Shown here: positions 9,112 through 18,937 of the stretch, piece after piece | Position numbering within the stretch: position 1 is the stretch's first letter | How the letters are laid out: each line of letters begins with the position of its first letter | Assembly (NCBI GenBank): GCA_028286725.1 | Contig: JAQBQZ010000014.1 | Location: 5,051 to 69,050 of the forward strand | Source: Candidatus Tayloriibacteriota bacterium | GTDB taxonomy: Bacteria; Patescibacteriota; Minisyncoccia; Phycocordibacterales; CAIRYW01 | Length of the DNA: 64,000 nucleotides | Direction of reading: 5' to 3' | The notes under the pieces: generated by a model | What the model was told of the DNA's origin: nothing | Databases searched by the model: none | What the model saw: only the letters and a program-made list of their open reading frames with translations | Made by a program: the position numbers and the translations under genes

Positions 9112-9645
9112 ATGGCAAAAATCACTATATTTGGGCTCGCAGGGACGGGCAAAGGTACTGTTTGTAGGCTTCTCTGTGAGAAGCTTGGCTACCGATCTTT
9201 TTCGGGCGGAGACTTCGCCCGAGAGACTGCTCGCAAAATGGGTCTCACGATAAATGAGATCGATGAGCTTTCTCGATATGACAAAAGTGTTGATATTGAA
9301 AGAGATCGGGTGATCGAAGACTTTGGTAAAACCAATGACAATTTTGTCGTGGAGGCTCGACTTGGGTGGAAGTTTATTCCTGATTCATACAAGGTGAGCT
9401 TTGAGTGCGATTTTGAAGAGCGTACTCGTCGTGTAGCTCAGAGAGAGAAGAAAGATATCGTAACTGTACAAGCTGAAACTGTACAAAGGGAAAACGCGAT
9501 CTATGATAGATTTCTCAAATATTATGGAATCAAAAATGTTAATGATCCAAAACATTTCGATCTCATTATTGATACGACTCATATTACGCCAGAAGAGATT
9601 GCAGAGAAAATTATAAACGGACTCAAAGAGAATAATGTTTTTTAG
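9112..9645 (+). CDS. cmk: Cytidylate kinase family protein (archaeal-type)
   Basis: ITIFGLAGTGKGT, VVEARL and FDLIIDTT. Confidence 0.8.
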   Translation: MAKITIFGLAGTGKGTVCRLLCEKLGYRSFSGGDFARETARKMGLTINEIDELSRYDKSVDIERDRVIEDFGKTNDNFVVEARLGWKFIPDSYKVSFECDFEERTRRVAQREKKDIVTVQAETVQRENAIYDRFLKYYGIKNVNDPKHFDLIIDTTHITPEEIAEKIINGLKENNVF

Positions 9646-9836
9646 AATCTAATTCAAAATTAATGAACTATACAAAACCCAAAATTTTGAAGGAAAAAAC
9701 AAAGGATGAGGAAGGAGGCCTAGCGGTGCTAAGCAGACTGACGAAACTTGGTTTTTTACCAAAATTTTGGGTTTTGGATGTTAAAGTTTTATTTTCTTGT
9801 ATTTATTATAAACGGTTAATTTTGAATTAGATTCTG
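9643..9836 (+). mobile_element. MITE-like nested inverted-repeat element, copy 1
   Basis: 20-bp TIR AGAATCTAATTCAAAATTAA/TTAATTTTGAATTAGATTCT, an inner stem, and a core shared with 39366-39552. Confidence 0.7.
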
Positions 9837-9837
9837 T

Positions 9838-10248
9838 ATGAACTTTAAAAAATTCGCATACATATTTGGTGGATTTTATATTTTGTTAGCACTCGCTTCT
9901 GTCTACCCAAATGACATCATAGGACACAACGCATTTTTGTCGACTGACTTTCTGCATAATTTTATTCATCTACTTATTGGGTTTGTGCTTGTTGGCATTG
10001 CACTATGGGACAATGATGAACATTTCTCACTTCCTCGAGTGATTCGAACTATTGGAGGAGTGCTTATTGTACTTGCCGTATTCGGTGCATGGTTTACGGG
10101 GTTAGATATCGGCAAGATCATGGGACTCATCACGGTAAATGGGACAGCAAATATTTTGCATCTTATTACTGGAGTCTTGTGTATTGTGGTTGGAACTTCA
10201 CCGCTTCGAAATTATCGCAAAGGAGATGGTGTAATGCATTCACATTAA
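9838..10248 (+). CDS. DUF4383-like membrane protein
   Basis: Duplicated HNFIHLLIG / NILHLITG helices. Confidence 0.65.
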   Translation: MNFKKFAYIFGGFYILLALASVYPNDIIGHNAFLSTDFLHNFIHLLIGFVLVGIALWDNDEHFSLPRVIRTIGGVLIVLAVFGAWFTGLDIGKIMGLITVNGTANILHLITGVLCIVVGTSPLRNYRKGDGVMHSH

Positions 10249-10267
10249 TTTTTTTTAAATTCAAAAA

Positions 10268-10834
10268 ATGAATAGACCAGTTCTTTATTTAATTATATCA
10301 ATCCTTATTTCATTTGGAGCATTTTATTATGTCTCCGGAGAAATAAAAGCATTTTCAAAAGAGATTGATGCTGTTGCTTCAAAACAAGAATACTACAATC
10401 CAAAGATAGTCAAAAATAAAGTAGTAATTTCAAATCCTCAACCAAATCTGGTCATTACAAACCCTCTCACTATCAAAGGTAATATTTTAGGTACTTGGTT
10501 TTTTGAAGGGGAGATCGTCTCAAAAATAATTGATACAAATGGGGTGGTGCTCGGGCAGGGGCCGCTTGTTGCAACTCAAGATTGGATGACGGTCAAAAAT
10601 GTCTCGTTCAGCGGGGTGATACCTTTTGTGGTATCGAGCGAGAAGGCCGGATTTCTTGTAATTGAGGCCCAAAATCAAGATAAAGCAGAGGATTCTTCTG
10701 CATTTAAGATCCCTATCCGATTTGGAGATATATCCGTAACGGCTTGTGTGGGAGACTCTTGTGGTGAATGTGCGCAGAAGACCATTGGCACCGATGGGGT
10801 CTGTATACATCAAGCCAATAATAAGACACTTTAA
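10268..10834 (+). CDS. Gmad2 immunoglobulin-like domain protein
   Basis: PLTIKG...WFFEGE...DWMT...F.G motif. Confidence 0.75.
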   Translation: MNRPVLYLIISILISFGAFYYVSGEIKAFSKEIDAVASKQEYYNPKIVKNKVVISNPQPNLVITNPLTIKGNILGTWFFEGEIVSKIIDTNGVVLGQGPLVATQDWMTVKNVSFSGVIPFVVSSEKAGFLVIEAQNQDKAEDSSAFKIPIRFGDISVTACVGDSCGECAQKTIGTDGVCIHQANNKTL

Positions 10835-10865
10835 GACTTCGGGGCAACTATGCTATAATTTATAT

Positions 10866-11141
10866 ATGGAAAATATTGCAAAGTCAGATATGTTTTTCTT
10901 TGTTACTACGATCGCAGTTATTATTGTGACGTTGGTACTTGTTGTCGCTCTCGCGTATGTTATTCGTATCGCATCAGATATCAAATACATTGCAAAGCGT
11001 GCCAAACAAGAAACAGATGAAATCGCAGATGACCTTAAGAATGCTCGAGAGACTTTGAAGTCTAAAGGCAAAACAATTGCAACTATCATTTCATCACTCT
11101 GGATGCTTCGAAGTAAAAGAAGATCAAAGAGTAAGGAATAG
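10866..11141 (+). CDS. Hypothetical single-TM protein
   Basis: MENIAKSDMFFFVTTIAV; TGCTATAAT just upstream. Confidence 0.7.
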   Translation: MENIAKSDMFFFVTTIAVIIVTLVLVVALAYVIRIASDIKYIAKRAKQETDEIADDLKNARETLKSKGKTIATIISSLWMLRSKRRSKSKE

Positions 11142-11162
11142 TTTAATAATAATTAATTTTTT

Positions 11163-11519
11163 ATGGCAAAATCAGAAAAAAGTGGAATGGGTGCAGGACT
11201 CGCGGTAGTGGCAACACTCGCGGCAGCAGCGGGAGCGTATTTTATTTATGGAACAAAGGAAGGTGCAAAGACAAAGAAGAAGATCAAGAGTTGGACACTC
11301 AAAGCTAAGGCAGAAGTACTAGAGAAGATTGAGAAGGCAAAAGATATTACAGAAGAATCTTACAACGATACTGTAGCTACTGTAATGCAGAAATATGAAA
11401 AGATGCGAGCAGAGCACGGAGACGAGATCGATGCTGTGACAAAGGAACTCAAAGGATACTGGAGTCACCTCAAGAAGCATTTGAACCCTGCAAAGAAAGT
11501 TGCACCAAAAAAGAAATAA
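11163..11519 (+). CDS. YtxH-like hypothetical protein
   Basis: AAAAGAYFIYG followed by charged helices. Confidence 0.7.
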   Translation: MAKSEKSGMGAGLAVVATLAAAAGAYFIYGTKEGAKTKKKIKSWTLKAKAEVLEKIEKAKDITEESYNDTVATVMQKYEKMRAEHGDEIDAVTKELKGYWSHLKKHLNPAKKVAPKKK

Positions 11520-11534
11520 ATCTGAAAAAATAAT

Positions 11535-11567
11535 AAAAAGCACCGCGGCGTAGCCGCGGTGCTTTTT
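11535..11567. terminator. GCAC-family bidirectional terminator
   Basis: AAAAAGCACCGCGGC-GTA-GCCGCGGTGCTTTTT between convergent genes. Confidence 0.8.
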
Positions 11568-11576
11568 ATCTTTGGA

Positions 11577-12752
11577 CTACTTTGTATTTTCAATTCTCAT
11601 TGCAGGAAGCATTGCTCCAAGAAGAACTACAGCGAGTATGGGGAAAATATATGCAAACGGTACGTAGAGAAGCATAACGCTTCCTACAAGCGGTCCTGCG
11701 ATATATGCGAGCGGCTGTGTCATACGAAAGACTTCGATGAGCTCGTCTTTACCTTCACTCTTTTTGAAAAAATAACTTTCAACCATTGTCTCCATTATTG
11801 AAGCACCGATTCTTCCCAAAAGTATGACGAGGGTCCAGAGCATAAATGCGCCTTTTGGCAAAGCCGGAAATAGAAGGCTCGCAATGATCATAAATATCAT
11901 TCCACCCAGAAGCATTTCTTTTTCTCCGAGTACATTGTCTGCAAGCTCGCCTGCAGGAATCTCAAGAATGACAAATGGAAGGAGAGTAATACTTATGATA
12001 ATACCGATATCTTCCCAGCTGAATCCCATTTTGGTTGAAAGATAAATCGGAATATAGATAACAAGCCAAGAAAAGAAAAACTGAAGTGCGAAGTTTATGA
12101 TCCCGATCCTTCGAATATTTGGTATCGACAAGAATTCTTTTATTGAATCAAATCCTTTGATGGTTGTGAGTTTTGCTTTGGTGAATTGATCCCGGTTTAT
12201 AATGATAACAAGTAAAAATATACACAAGAAAAACAGTGAGAAGAGATAGACTTGCTTGAATCCGTTTTCTGCAACCATGCCGCCTATAGCAAGAGGAGAG
12301 AGTACTGATGCGGTAGCAAGTACTGTGAGAAATATTCCGCGGGTCTTGCCCATGGTGAAAGCTTCGGCAGTGTCCTCGATTGCAGTATCAAGGCAGACGA
12401 TCATGAGTACTGGTAGTGAAAGGTATACAAGGAACGCGGGGATTATAAAATTAACATTGTCGGTGATTACGATTACACTGAGTGATGCAATATCTACAAG
12501 AGAGAGGGTGATAAAAGTCTTCAAGATTCCGATTCGTTCGATTATTCGAGAGAGTTTGTAAAGTATTAGAATAGTAAGTGCTGATGCGACTGCGTAAAGT
12601 ATTCCGATCATTGAGCGGGGCATGATCATCTCAAGGTATGAAGAGTTGATGTAGAGAATAAAATAATAATGAAAGGCGTAAAATATTGATGCAGAAAATA
12701 TATGAAGACAAGAATGGCTCGCATTCTTTGATTTGGTGAGAAGTTTTAACAT
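11577..12752 (-). CDS. MFS transporter
   Basis: About 12 TM segments; PAGELADNVLGEK loop motif. Confidence 0.85.
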   Translation of the reverse strand: MLKLLTKSKNASHSCLHIFSASIFYAFHYYFILYINSSYLEMIMPRSMIGILYAVASALTILILYKLSRIIERIGILKTFITLSLVDIASLSVIVITDNVNFIIPAFLVYLSLPVLMIVCLDTAIEDTAEAFTMGKTRGIFLTVLATASVLSPLAIGGMVAENGFKQVYLFSLFFLCIFLLVIIINRDQFTKAKLTTIKGFDSIKEFLSIPNIRRIGIINFALQFFFSWLVIYIPIYLSTKMGFSWEDIGIIISITLLPFVILEIPAGELADNVLGEKEMLLGGMIFMIIASLLFPALPKGAFMLWTLVILLGRIGASIMETMVESYFFKKSEGKDELIEVFRMTQPLAYIAGPLVGSVMLLYVPFAYIFPILAVVLLGAMLPAMRIENTK

Positions 12753-13010
12753 TTATCCTAGAAAATTTTATCTATTAAAAAAGTTGATTGTGCTTACAGT
12801 ATATCCCATAACCTATCTAGTAGAAAGAATAATTTATTGAGTTATTTTACTACCAATCAACTTTTTCTTGTTATGCAATATTGATTGCTTTGGTTTTTTA
12901 TATAAATAGCGTTTAAATATTAATTTGGCACATATTATGTAATATGGGCTTTTTGCATAACGATAGATAAAACTTTAGAGGATGAATTATAATCTATAAA
13001 AACAAAAAAT

Positions 13011-13047
13011 AAAAATGCACCGCGCCCGAAGGGCGCGGTGCATTTTT
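13011..13047. terminator. GCAC-family terminator of rnj
   Basis: AAAAATGCACCGCGCCC-GAA-GGGCGCGGTGCATTTTT. Confidence 0.8.
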
Positions 13048-13063
13048 GATTCCTGATCTATCT

Positions 13064-14992
13064 TTAAACTCCAAGTATCACCGGGATCACGATTGGTCTC
13101 TTTGCAGTTTTCTGGAAGAGGAATCGAGCGATGTTGTCGGTCACTACATCTTTGATGAAATCAAAGTTGATAGGATTCATTCCGACAGCATTGTCTTCAA
13201 TTGTTTTCTTGATGATGATTCTTGCTTGTCTTAGAAGCTCCTGGTTTTCACGAAGATATACGAATCCTCGAGAAATAATATCAGGAGATTTTCGAAGCTT
13301 TCCATTCACCGTATTTACGCTTGCGATGATGACGAACATTCCGTCTTGTGAAAGCATCTGTCGATCTCGAAGCACCACTTCCTGCATATCTCCGATTGCA
13401 AATCCATCTACCATGACAGCACTTGATGGTACTTTTTCTTTTAGCTTAACGATCTTCTCACCGTTGTCTGTGATATCAACGATACTTCCATTGTCAGCAA
13501 TCACAACTTCGTCTTCTTTCATTCCAAGTCCGTATGCAAGCTCTGCGTGAAGTCGGAGCATGTAGTGGCTTCCGTGAATAGGGATGAAGAACTTAGGCTT
13601 CAGCTTTTTGTGGAGCCATTCGATCTCACCTCTGTTTCCGTGTCCTGTAGAGTGAATAAATACTTCTGATGTTCGGTAGTGAACGATCTTCGCGCCTGTT
13701 CTTGCAATATTATCCTTCATTGCCTGCACAGATTTTTCGTTACCAGGAATGATAGATGAAGAGAGGACCACTGTGTCATTCTTTGTGAGAGTGATCACTT
13801 TGTGACTCTTGTTCGCAAGTCGTGAGAGTGCTGCGAATTCATCTCCCTGTGCACCAGTTGCCAAGATCACGATTCGATCTGGAGCATAGTTTTGAATCTC
13901 TGAAGACTGAATGATCGTATCTTTCTTGAGCTCGATGATCTTCGCTTCTTTACAGATATCCACGTTGTTCTTCATACTTCGTCCTTCTATCACCACTTTC
14001 TTGTTGTTCTTTTCACACGCTTCGATGATCTTTGCGATACGAGTCACATGAGAAGAGAACATACTGATGATTAGTCGTCCTTTTGTTTCTTTGATGATAT
14101 TTGCGAGGTTTTCATGCACCAATACTTCTGGAGTTGAGAATCCTGGGTTTTCAATGTTTGTTGAGTCAGTGAGGAGGAGGAGAGTTTTTTCTTTTGCGAG
14201 ATCTCCGTATACTTTTTCTTCACCATCACTTGGTACTCCGTCCATGTGCTCGAGTTTGTAGTCTCCAGGGTTAATGATGTTTCCCCAAGGTGTTCGAATG
14301 CATACACCGAGACAGTCGGGAATAGAGTGAGTCACTCCAAAGAATTTGATCTTCATTTCTCCAAGTGTCACAGTCTCATCTGTGTCCACGATCTTGAAAT
14401 CAATCATTGGGAGATGAGGGAATTCACTCTGTCTTTTCTTGATCATGAGACCTGTGAGGTTTCGAGTATAAAGAGGTGGGTTACCGATTCGATCCATGAT
14501 GTAAGGAATTCCTCCGACGTGGTCCAAGTGTCCGTGAGTGATGATCACTGCTCGAATTCGAGATTTGTTCTCTTCGAGATATTTTGTGTTAGGAAGAATA
14601 TAGTCGATTCCAGGAGTGTCCTGATCTTTGAATTTGAATCCCATATCGATGACAATGATATCGTTTTTGTATTCGATCACTGTCATGTTCATACCCACCT
14701 CTTCAACACCTCCAAGTGGAATGATTCGAACATTTTCACCAATTGGTGGAATGTTCAAAGGTCGCTCAGCTCGCTGTGGTGAACTGTTGTCTCGTTCTCG
14801 TGCTCTTTCTGGAGAGAAAGGCATAGAGTGTCTCTGTGGTCGTCGATTGTCTCGTCCGCCACCTATGTGTGGAGCGTGATGAGGTCGAGGTGCTCCTCCT
14901 GCGGGCGCACTTTGAGGTGCCCTGTGCACCGGTCGAGCTTCTGGAGCTCGAAGTATTGGTCGTCTGTCGTTACTGTTGTTTTGTCTATCCAT
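13064..14992 (-). CDS. rnj: Ribonuclease J
   Basis: PLGGVEEVGMN, THGHLDHVGG, HSTGHG and RPIVIPVIL; R/P-rich N-terminal extension. Confidence 0.96.
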   Translation of the reverse strand: MDRQNNSNDRRPILRAPEARPVHRAPQSAPAGGAPRPHHAPHIGGGRDNRRPQRHSMPFSPERARERDNSSPQRAERPLNIPPIGENVRIIPLGGVEEVGMNMTVIEYKNDIIVIDMGFKFKDQDTPGIDYILPNTKYLEENKSRIRAVIITHGHLDHVGGIPYIMDRIGNPPLYTRNLTGLMIKKRQSEFPHLPMIDFKIVDTDETVTLGEMKIKFFGVTHSIPDCLGVCIRTPWGNIINPGDYKLEHMDGVPSDGEEKVYGDLAKEKTLLLLTDSTNIENPGFSTPEVLVHENLANIIKETKGRLIISMFSSHVTRIAKIIEACEKNNKKVVIEGRSMKNNVDICKEAKIIELKKDTIIQSSEIQNYAPDRIVILATGAQGDEFAALSRLANKSHKVITLTKNDTVVLSSSIIPGNEKSVQAMKDNIARTGAKIVHYRTSEVFIHSTGHGNRGEIEWLHKKLKPKFFIPIHGSHYMLRLHAELAYGLGMKEDEVVIADNGSIVDITDNGEKIVKLKEKVPSSAVMVDGFAIGDMQEVVLRDRQMLSQDGMFVIIASVNTVNGKLRKSPDIISRGFVYLRENQELLRQARIIIKKTIEDNAVGMNPINFDFIKDVVTDNIARFLFQKTAKRPIVIPVILGV

Positions 14993-15212
14993 AATAATTG
15001 TTTATATTTTTTGAATCTGTTTTTTAAGATTCAAATGTTTTTAATAATTCTAATAATTTTTTCAAACCAAGTTCTTTTTCAAGGCTCATTTGAGGTGCAA
15101 GTTGTCTATGTAATATATGACGAAGAAGTTGTCTTATATTTACGAAACTTGTACCAAAATAAAAGCCTTGAAAGATTTTGATGTTTTTGTACGACTGATT
15201 GTAAAAGAAATC

Positions 15213-16985
15213 TTAATTAAACCAAGGTATATTCCACACCTTCTCTGTCTCTTTGTACCATTTGTTGATCGTAGCAAATCTCTCTGAAGATCCGGCAATA
15301 TTTTGCAACGATATTCCTTTGAGATCACTTGGCACAACATATACAAGGTCAGGAGAATAAAGGAATACTGCGGGATTATCTTTGTATATTTCTTTTTCAA
15401 AATTCTGATAGAGAGTTATTCTCTTATCCGTATCGCTTGTTGTTCTGATGTCTTGAAGTATCTTATCTGCTTTGCTATTTGTGTAGTTTGCAATATTGAG
15501 TCCTGGGTGATTTCTTTCGCTTGAATGCCAGAACGCATAAAGGTCAGCATTTCGCCCGATCGATTCACCAAAGAGAAGTGCGTCGTATCTTCGAGGCACG
15601 ATCACTTTCTGTTGAAGATCACCACTATCAAATACTTTGACTTCAACTGATGCACCGATCTTTTCCCAAGAAGTTTTCAAAAGATTGGCAATAGCTTTGA
15701 GCTCTGGAACATTCGATGTCGAGATCGAAAATGTGAGCGAGAGATTATCTGTCTTATTTTTCTTTCCTAATATTCCGTTTGCATCTTTGATCCATCCAGC
15801 TTTTGCAAGGAGAGCTTGCGCTTGTTCTACACCATCATTGTCAGTAATAGTTCGAGGTTCCAATATTGAAATGTTTTTTGGTATCGGTCCTTCGATAGGG
15901 GTACCGAAGCCAAGGAGAACATCTTTGATGATTTTGTCTTCTGGTGTTGCAAGTCCTAATGCTTTCCGCACGTCACTGTCGGCGAATACTTTAGCTTCAT
16001 TTTGATTGAAGAATACGCCATAGATTCGAGGAAGGGGAGACTTTAAGATCTCCGATCGTCCTGTATCTACGGATTTGATATTGTCAGGCGAGATCGAATT
16101 CATGCTATCGATAGTTCCGTTTTGATACGCTTCGATAAGCTTGTCTTCGCTTGTATAAAAGTAGATATACACATCTTGAATGTACGCTTCTCCTCCTGCA
16201 TATTTTTCAAATGGGGCAAGATGATAATACTCCGGAAGTCCAGATGCATTTCTCTTGATATCTTTGATCTTGTAAGGACCAGAACCTACGGGCTCAAAAT
16301 TGAACTGACTAAAGAGGAATGCATCAGAATCAATATCTTTCCAGATATGCATTGGAAGGATTCCGAGTGTGAGATTTTCGATGAACGGCGCGTAAGGTTT
16401 CTTTAGTGTAAATTCAATCGTCTTCTCGTCGATCACATGGACCACGACACCTTCCCAGTTGGCAGCCTTTGGACTTTTAATGATAGGGTCTGTTGCCTTT
16501 TTGATCGTGAATTCAACATCGTATGCAGTGACAGGAACATCATCTTGGAAAAATATATTATCTTTAAGTGTCACTGTATATGTGAGTCCGTCATCTGATA
16601 CTTTGTAATCCTTTGCAAGATCGGTCACAAGTCCATTCTCGCCATCAAGTTTCATAAGTCCTCCGAATACGAGGGTAGTGAGATCACGTCCAGAATCAGT
16701 TACAGGAAGAAGAGGGTTTACATATCGAGGATATCCGACGACACCTTCATTTAGTGTCCCGCCGAGTACCGGCACCTCAACACTGAGGCCATCAGAGGCC
16801 TTCTTGAGAAGAAGAAGTGCACTTGCAGCTAGAAGAAATGCAAAAATAAAGAAAATGATCTTTTCAATGAATCCCATTTTTTCAAATACAAAAAGAAGAT
16901 TTCTTCTTTTTTCGAGACTGAAGATAGATTTTATTCTACGAAAGAGAGTTGGTTTTTGCACAATAATATATAGATTAGAGAACAA
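15213..16985 (-). CDS. Peptide ABC transporter substrate-binding protein (family 5)
   Basis: TAYDVEFT, PVGSGPYK and LYAFWHSS. Confidence 0.9.
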   Translation of the reverse strand: MFSNLYIIVQKPTLFRRIKSIFSLEKRRNLLFVFEKMGFIEKIIFFIFAFLLAASALLLLKKASDGLSVEVPVLGGTLNEGVVGYPRYVNPLLPVTDSGRDLTTLVFGGLMKLDGENGLVTDLAKDYKVSDDGLTYTVTLKDNIFFQDDVPVTAYDVEFTIKKATDPIIKSPKAANWEGVVVHVIDEKTIEFTLKKPYAPFIENLTLGILPMHIWKDIDSDAFLFSQFNFEPVGSGPYKIKDIKRNASGLPEYYHLAPFEKYAGGEAYIQDVYIYFYTSEDKLIEAYQNGTIDSMNSISPDNIKSVDTGRSEILKSPLPRIYGVFFNQNEAKVFADSDVRKALGLATPEDKIIKDVLLGFGTPIEGPIPKNISILEPRTITDNDGVEQAQALLAKAGWIKDANGILGKKNKTDNLSLTFSISTSNVPELKAIANLLKTSWEKIGASVEVKVFDSGDLQQKVIVPRRYDALLFGESIGRNADLYAFWHSSERNHPGLNIANYTNSKADKILQDIRTTSDTDKRITLYQNFEKEIYKDNPAVFLYSPDLVYVVPSDLKGISLQNIAGSSERFATINKWYKETEKVWNIPWFN

Positions 16986-17018
16986 TACAAGCCTTTAGTG
17001 GCTTAAAATGCTCGAAGA

Positions 17019-17246
17019 CTATTTGATGAAGAATGCAGCGAATGCAGAAAGGGCAAAGAGTATTGCTACGATGATTGTTAATATAAAGATAAATTTTTCT
17101 GGTCCTCGTCGTGTGTGACCTCCGCCTCCGAGACTGTCTCCACCGAATGCAGCGCCTGCGCTTGCATCAGAATGCTGAAGTAGAATAAGACCAATAAGAA
17201 GCACTGCGAGGATTACTTGAATGTATGGTAGGTAAGTAGCGATCAT
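17019..17246 (-). CDS. secG: Preprotein translocase subunit SecG
   Basis: LILLQ...AGAAFGG...TRRGPEK. Confidence 0.92.
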   Translation of the reverse strand: MIATYLPYIQVILAVLLIGLILLQHSDASAGAAFGGDSLGGGGHTRRGPEKFIFILTIIVAILFALSAFAAFFIK

Positions 17247-17418
17247 AATATAGATTATTTTAGTGTAAATTTGTTAATGACTGAGGGGTAACTTCCTTTT
17301 GAAATACACCTTTGTGGCGTTTAATGAGGAGAATTACGATACATAGTATAGTAGCACAGATGGGTAAATGGAGCAAATTTTTAGGGGAGTATATCTATTC
17401 GTTTTTGGTATATTATAA

Positions 17419-17524
17419 AGCTTTTAGTTGTTAGCTGTCAGCTGTTAGGGAAATGCAAACTAGAGCTTAATACATGGTTTTTTCTGGTCAGAAGCTAAAA
17501 GCTAGTTGCTAACAGCTAACACCT
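17419..17524. repeat. Inverted arrays of 7-nt tandem repeats
   Basis: AGCTGTT-like units x4 at 17419-17448 and AACAGCT-like units x5 at 17490-17524. Confidence 0.65.
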
Positions 17525-17570
17525 ACTTCAGACTTGCAAAACTATATTTTTAAGCTATAATAGCCAAATC

Positions 17571-17834
17571 ATGAAAAAAGAAATCCATCCAGACAATTTT
17601 AGACCAGTTGTATTCGAGGACACTACTACAGGTGCCAAATTCCTCATTTCTTCTGCAGTTGTCACAAAAGAGACTACAAATTTTGAAGGCAAGGAATATC
17701 CACTCTATCACGTGGAAATCTCTAGTGCTTCACACCCTTTCTATACAAATACAGAAACTCTCATCGACTCAGCCGGACGAGTTGAGAAGTTCAAGAACCG
17801 AGCGTTGAAGTCAGGTGCAACAAAAGCTAAATAA
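17571..17834 (+). CDS. rpmE: 50S ribosomal protein L31, type B
   Basis: MKKEIHP...[11 protein letters not shown]...AGRVEKF; no Cys motif. Confidence 0.95.
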   Translation: MKKEIHPDNFRPVVFEDTTTGAKFLISSAVVTKETTNFEGKEYPLYHVEISSASHPFYTNTETLIDSAGRVEKFKNRALKSGATKAK

Positions 17835-17842
17835 CTACTTAT

Positions 17843-17877
17843 AAAAAACAAAGCTTCTTTAAGAAGCTTTGTTTTTT
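17843..17877 (+). terminator. Intrinsic terminator
   Basis: AAAAAACAAAGCTTCTT-T-AAGAAGCTTTGTTTTTT. Confidence 0.7.
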
Positions 17878-17931
17878 ATTTTCTCCCATCCTTTATACTA
17901 GATACCAAATACTATATACTAAGCATTAATT

Positions 17932-18915
17932 ATGACCGATATCACCAAATACAAAAGCAACAACAAGACCCGCTTTCTCGCGGAGGATTTTGAGCGACTT
18001 CAAAGAGAAGAGGATGAGATCAAGGAGCTTGCCGAAAGCGATCCAACAATGAAAGAACTCGGAGATGAGGATATTGCTCGGATCGAATCACAAAAAGTGG
18101 AACTCATTCGACAGATGGATGAGATCTTGAAAGTGGACGAAGCGGAGGATGAATATCCAAACGAGATCATTATGGAAGTGCGTGCTGGTGCCGGAGGAGA
18201 TGAGGCTGCGCTTTTTGCTCATGAACTCGCAACTATGTACAAAGGTTATGCGGTAAAGGAAGGCTGGGGTTGGAATACTGTGCATGAAGCAGAGACTGAT
18301 GGTGGCGGATACAAAGAAGCGTCTTTTGAAATAAGAGGGCGGGATGTATACAAGAAAATGCGATTTGAAACAGGTATTCACAGAGTCCAAAGAGTTCCTG
18401 CTACAGAAAAGAACGGACGAGTGCATACATCAACTGCGTCTGTAGCGGTTCTTCCAATTCGAAAACATTCTAAAGTAGAAGTAAAAGAAAGTGATTTGCT
18501 CATTGAGACATCACGATCAGGTGGAGCAGGAGGGCAGAACGTGAACAAAGTTGAAACTGCGGTTCGAATGGTACACAAGCCTACGGGTATCGATGTGCGA
18601 TGTACTTCAGAGAGAAGCCAGCTCAAGAACAAGGAAAAAGCTCTCTCAATTCTTACTGCAAAGATCGAAGAAAAACAAAGAGAAGAAGAATCGGCAAAAT
18701 ATGCCGATGATCGAAAGGGGCAGATCGGAACAGGTAATCGTTCAGAAAAGATCCGTACCTACAATATTCTTCAGGATCGAATCACGGATCACCGTATCAA
18801 AGAATCATGGCACAATCTTCCGAACATAATGCTCGGGAACATTGATGAGATCATCGACACACTCCAAGAAAAATCAAAAACAGGATTTGAATCAAGCGGA
18901 GAGGACGAAGACTAA
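17932..18915 (+). CDS. prfA: Peptide chain release factor 1
   Basis: GGQ motif, PAT anticodon-mimic motif and RSEKIRTYN. Confidence 0.95.
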   Translation: MTDITKYKSNNKTRFLAEDFERLQREEDEIKELAESDPTMKELGDEDIARIESQKVELIRQMDEILKVDEAEDEYPNEIIMEVRAGAGGDEAALFAHELATMYKGYAVKEGWGWNTVHEAETDGGGYKEASFEIRGRDVYKKMRFETGIHRVQRVPATEKNGRVHTSTASVAVLPIRKHSKVEVKESDLLIETSRSGGAGGQNVNKVETAVRMVHKPTGIDVRCTSERSQLKNKEKALSILTAKIEEKQREEESAKYADDRKGQIGTGNRSEKIRTYNILQDRITDHRIKESWHNLPNIMLGNIDEIIDTLQEKSKTGFESSGEDED

Positions 18916-18937
18916 AAGCAAGCTTTTAGGAAATAAA

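Noticed and set aside
9700-9750. Hammerhead ribozyme in the repeat core (CTGACGAAAC)
   Set aside because: CUGANGA and GAAA overlap, leaving no stem II, and I found no properly placed stems I/III.
17932-18915. prfA (and valS) as truncated pseudogenes
   Set aside because: Catalytic motifs are intact, and shortened termini fit a reduced genome.
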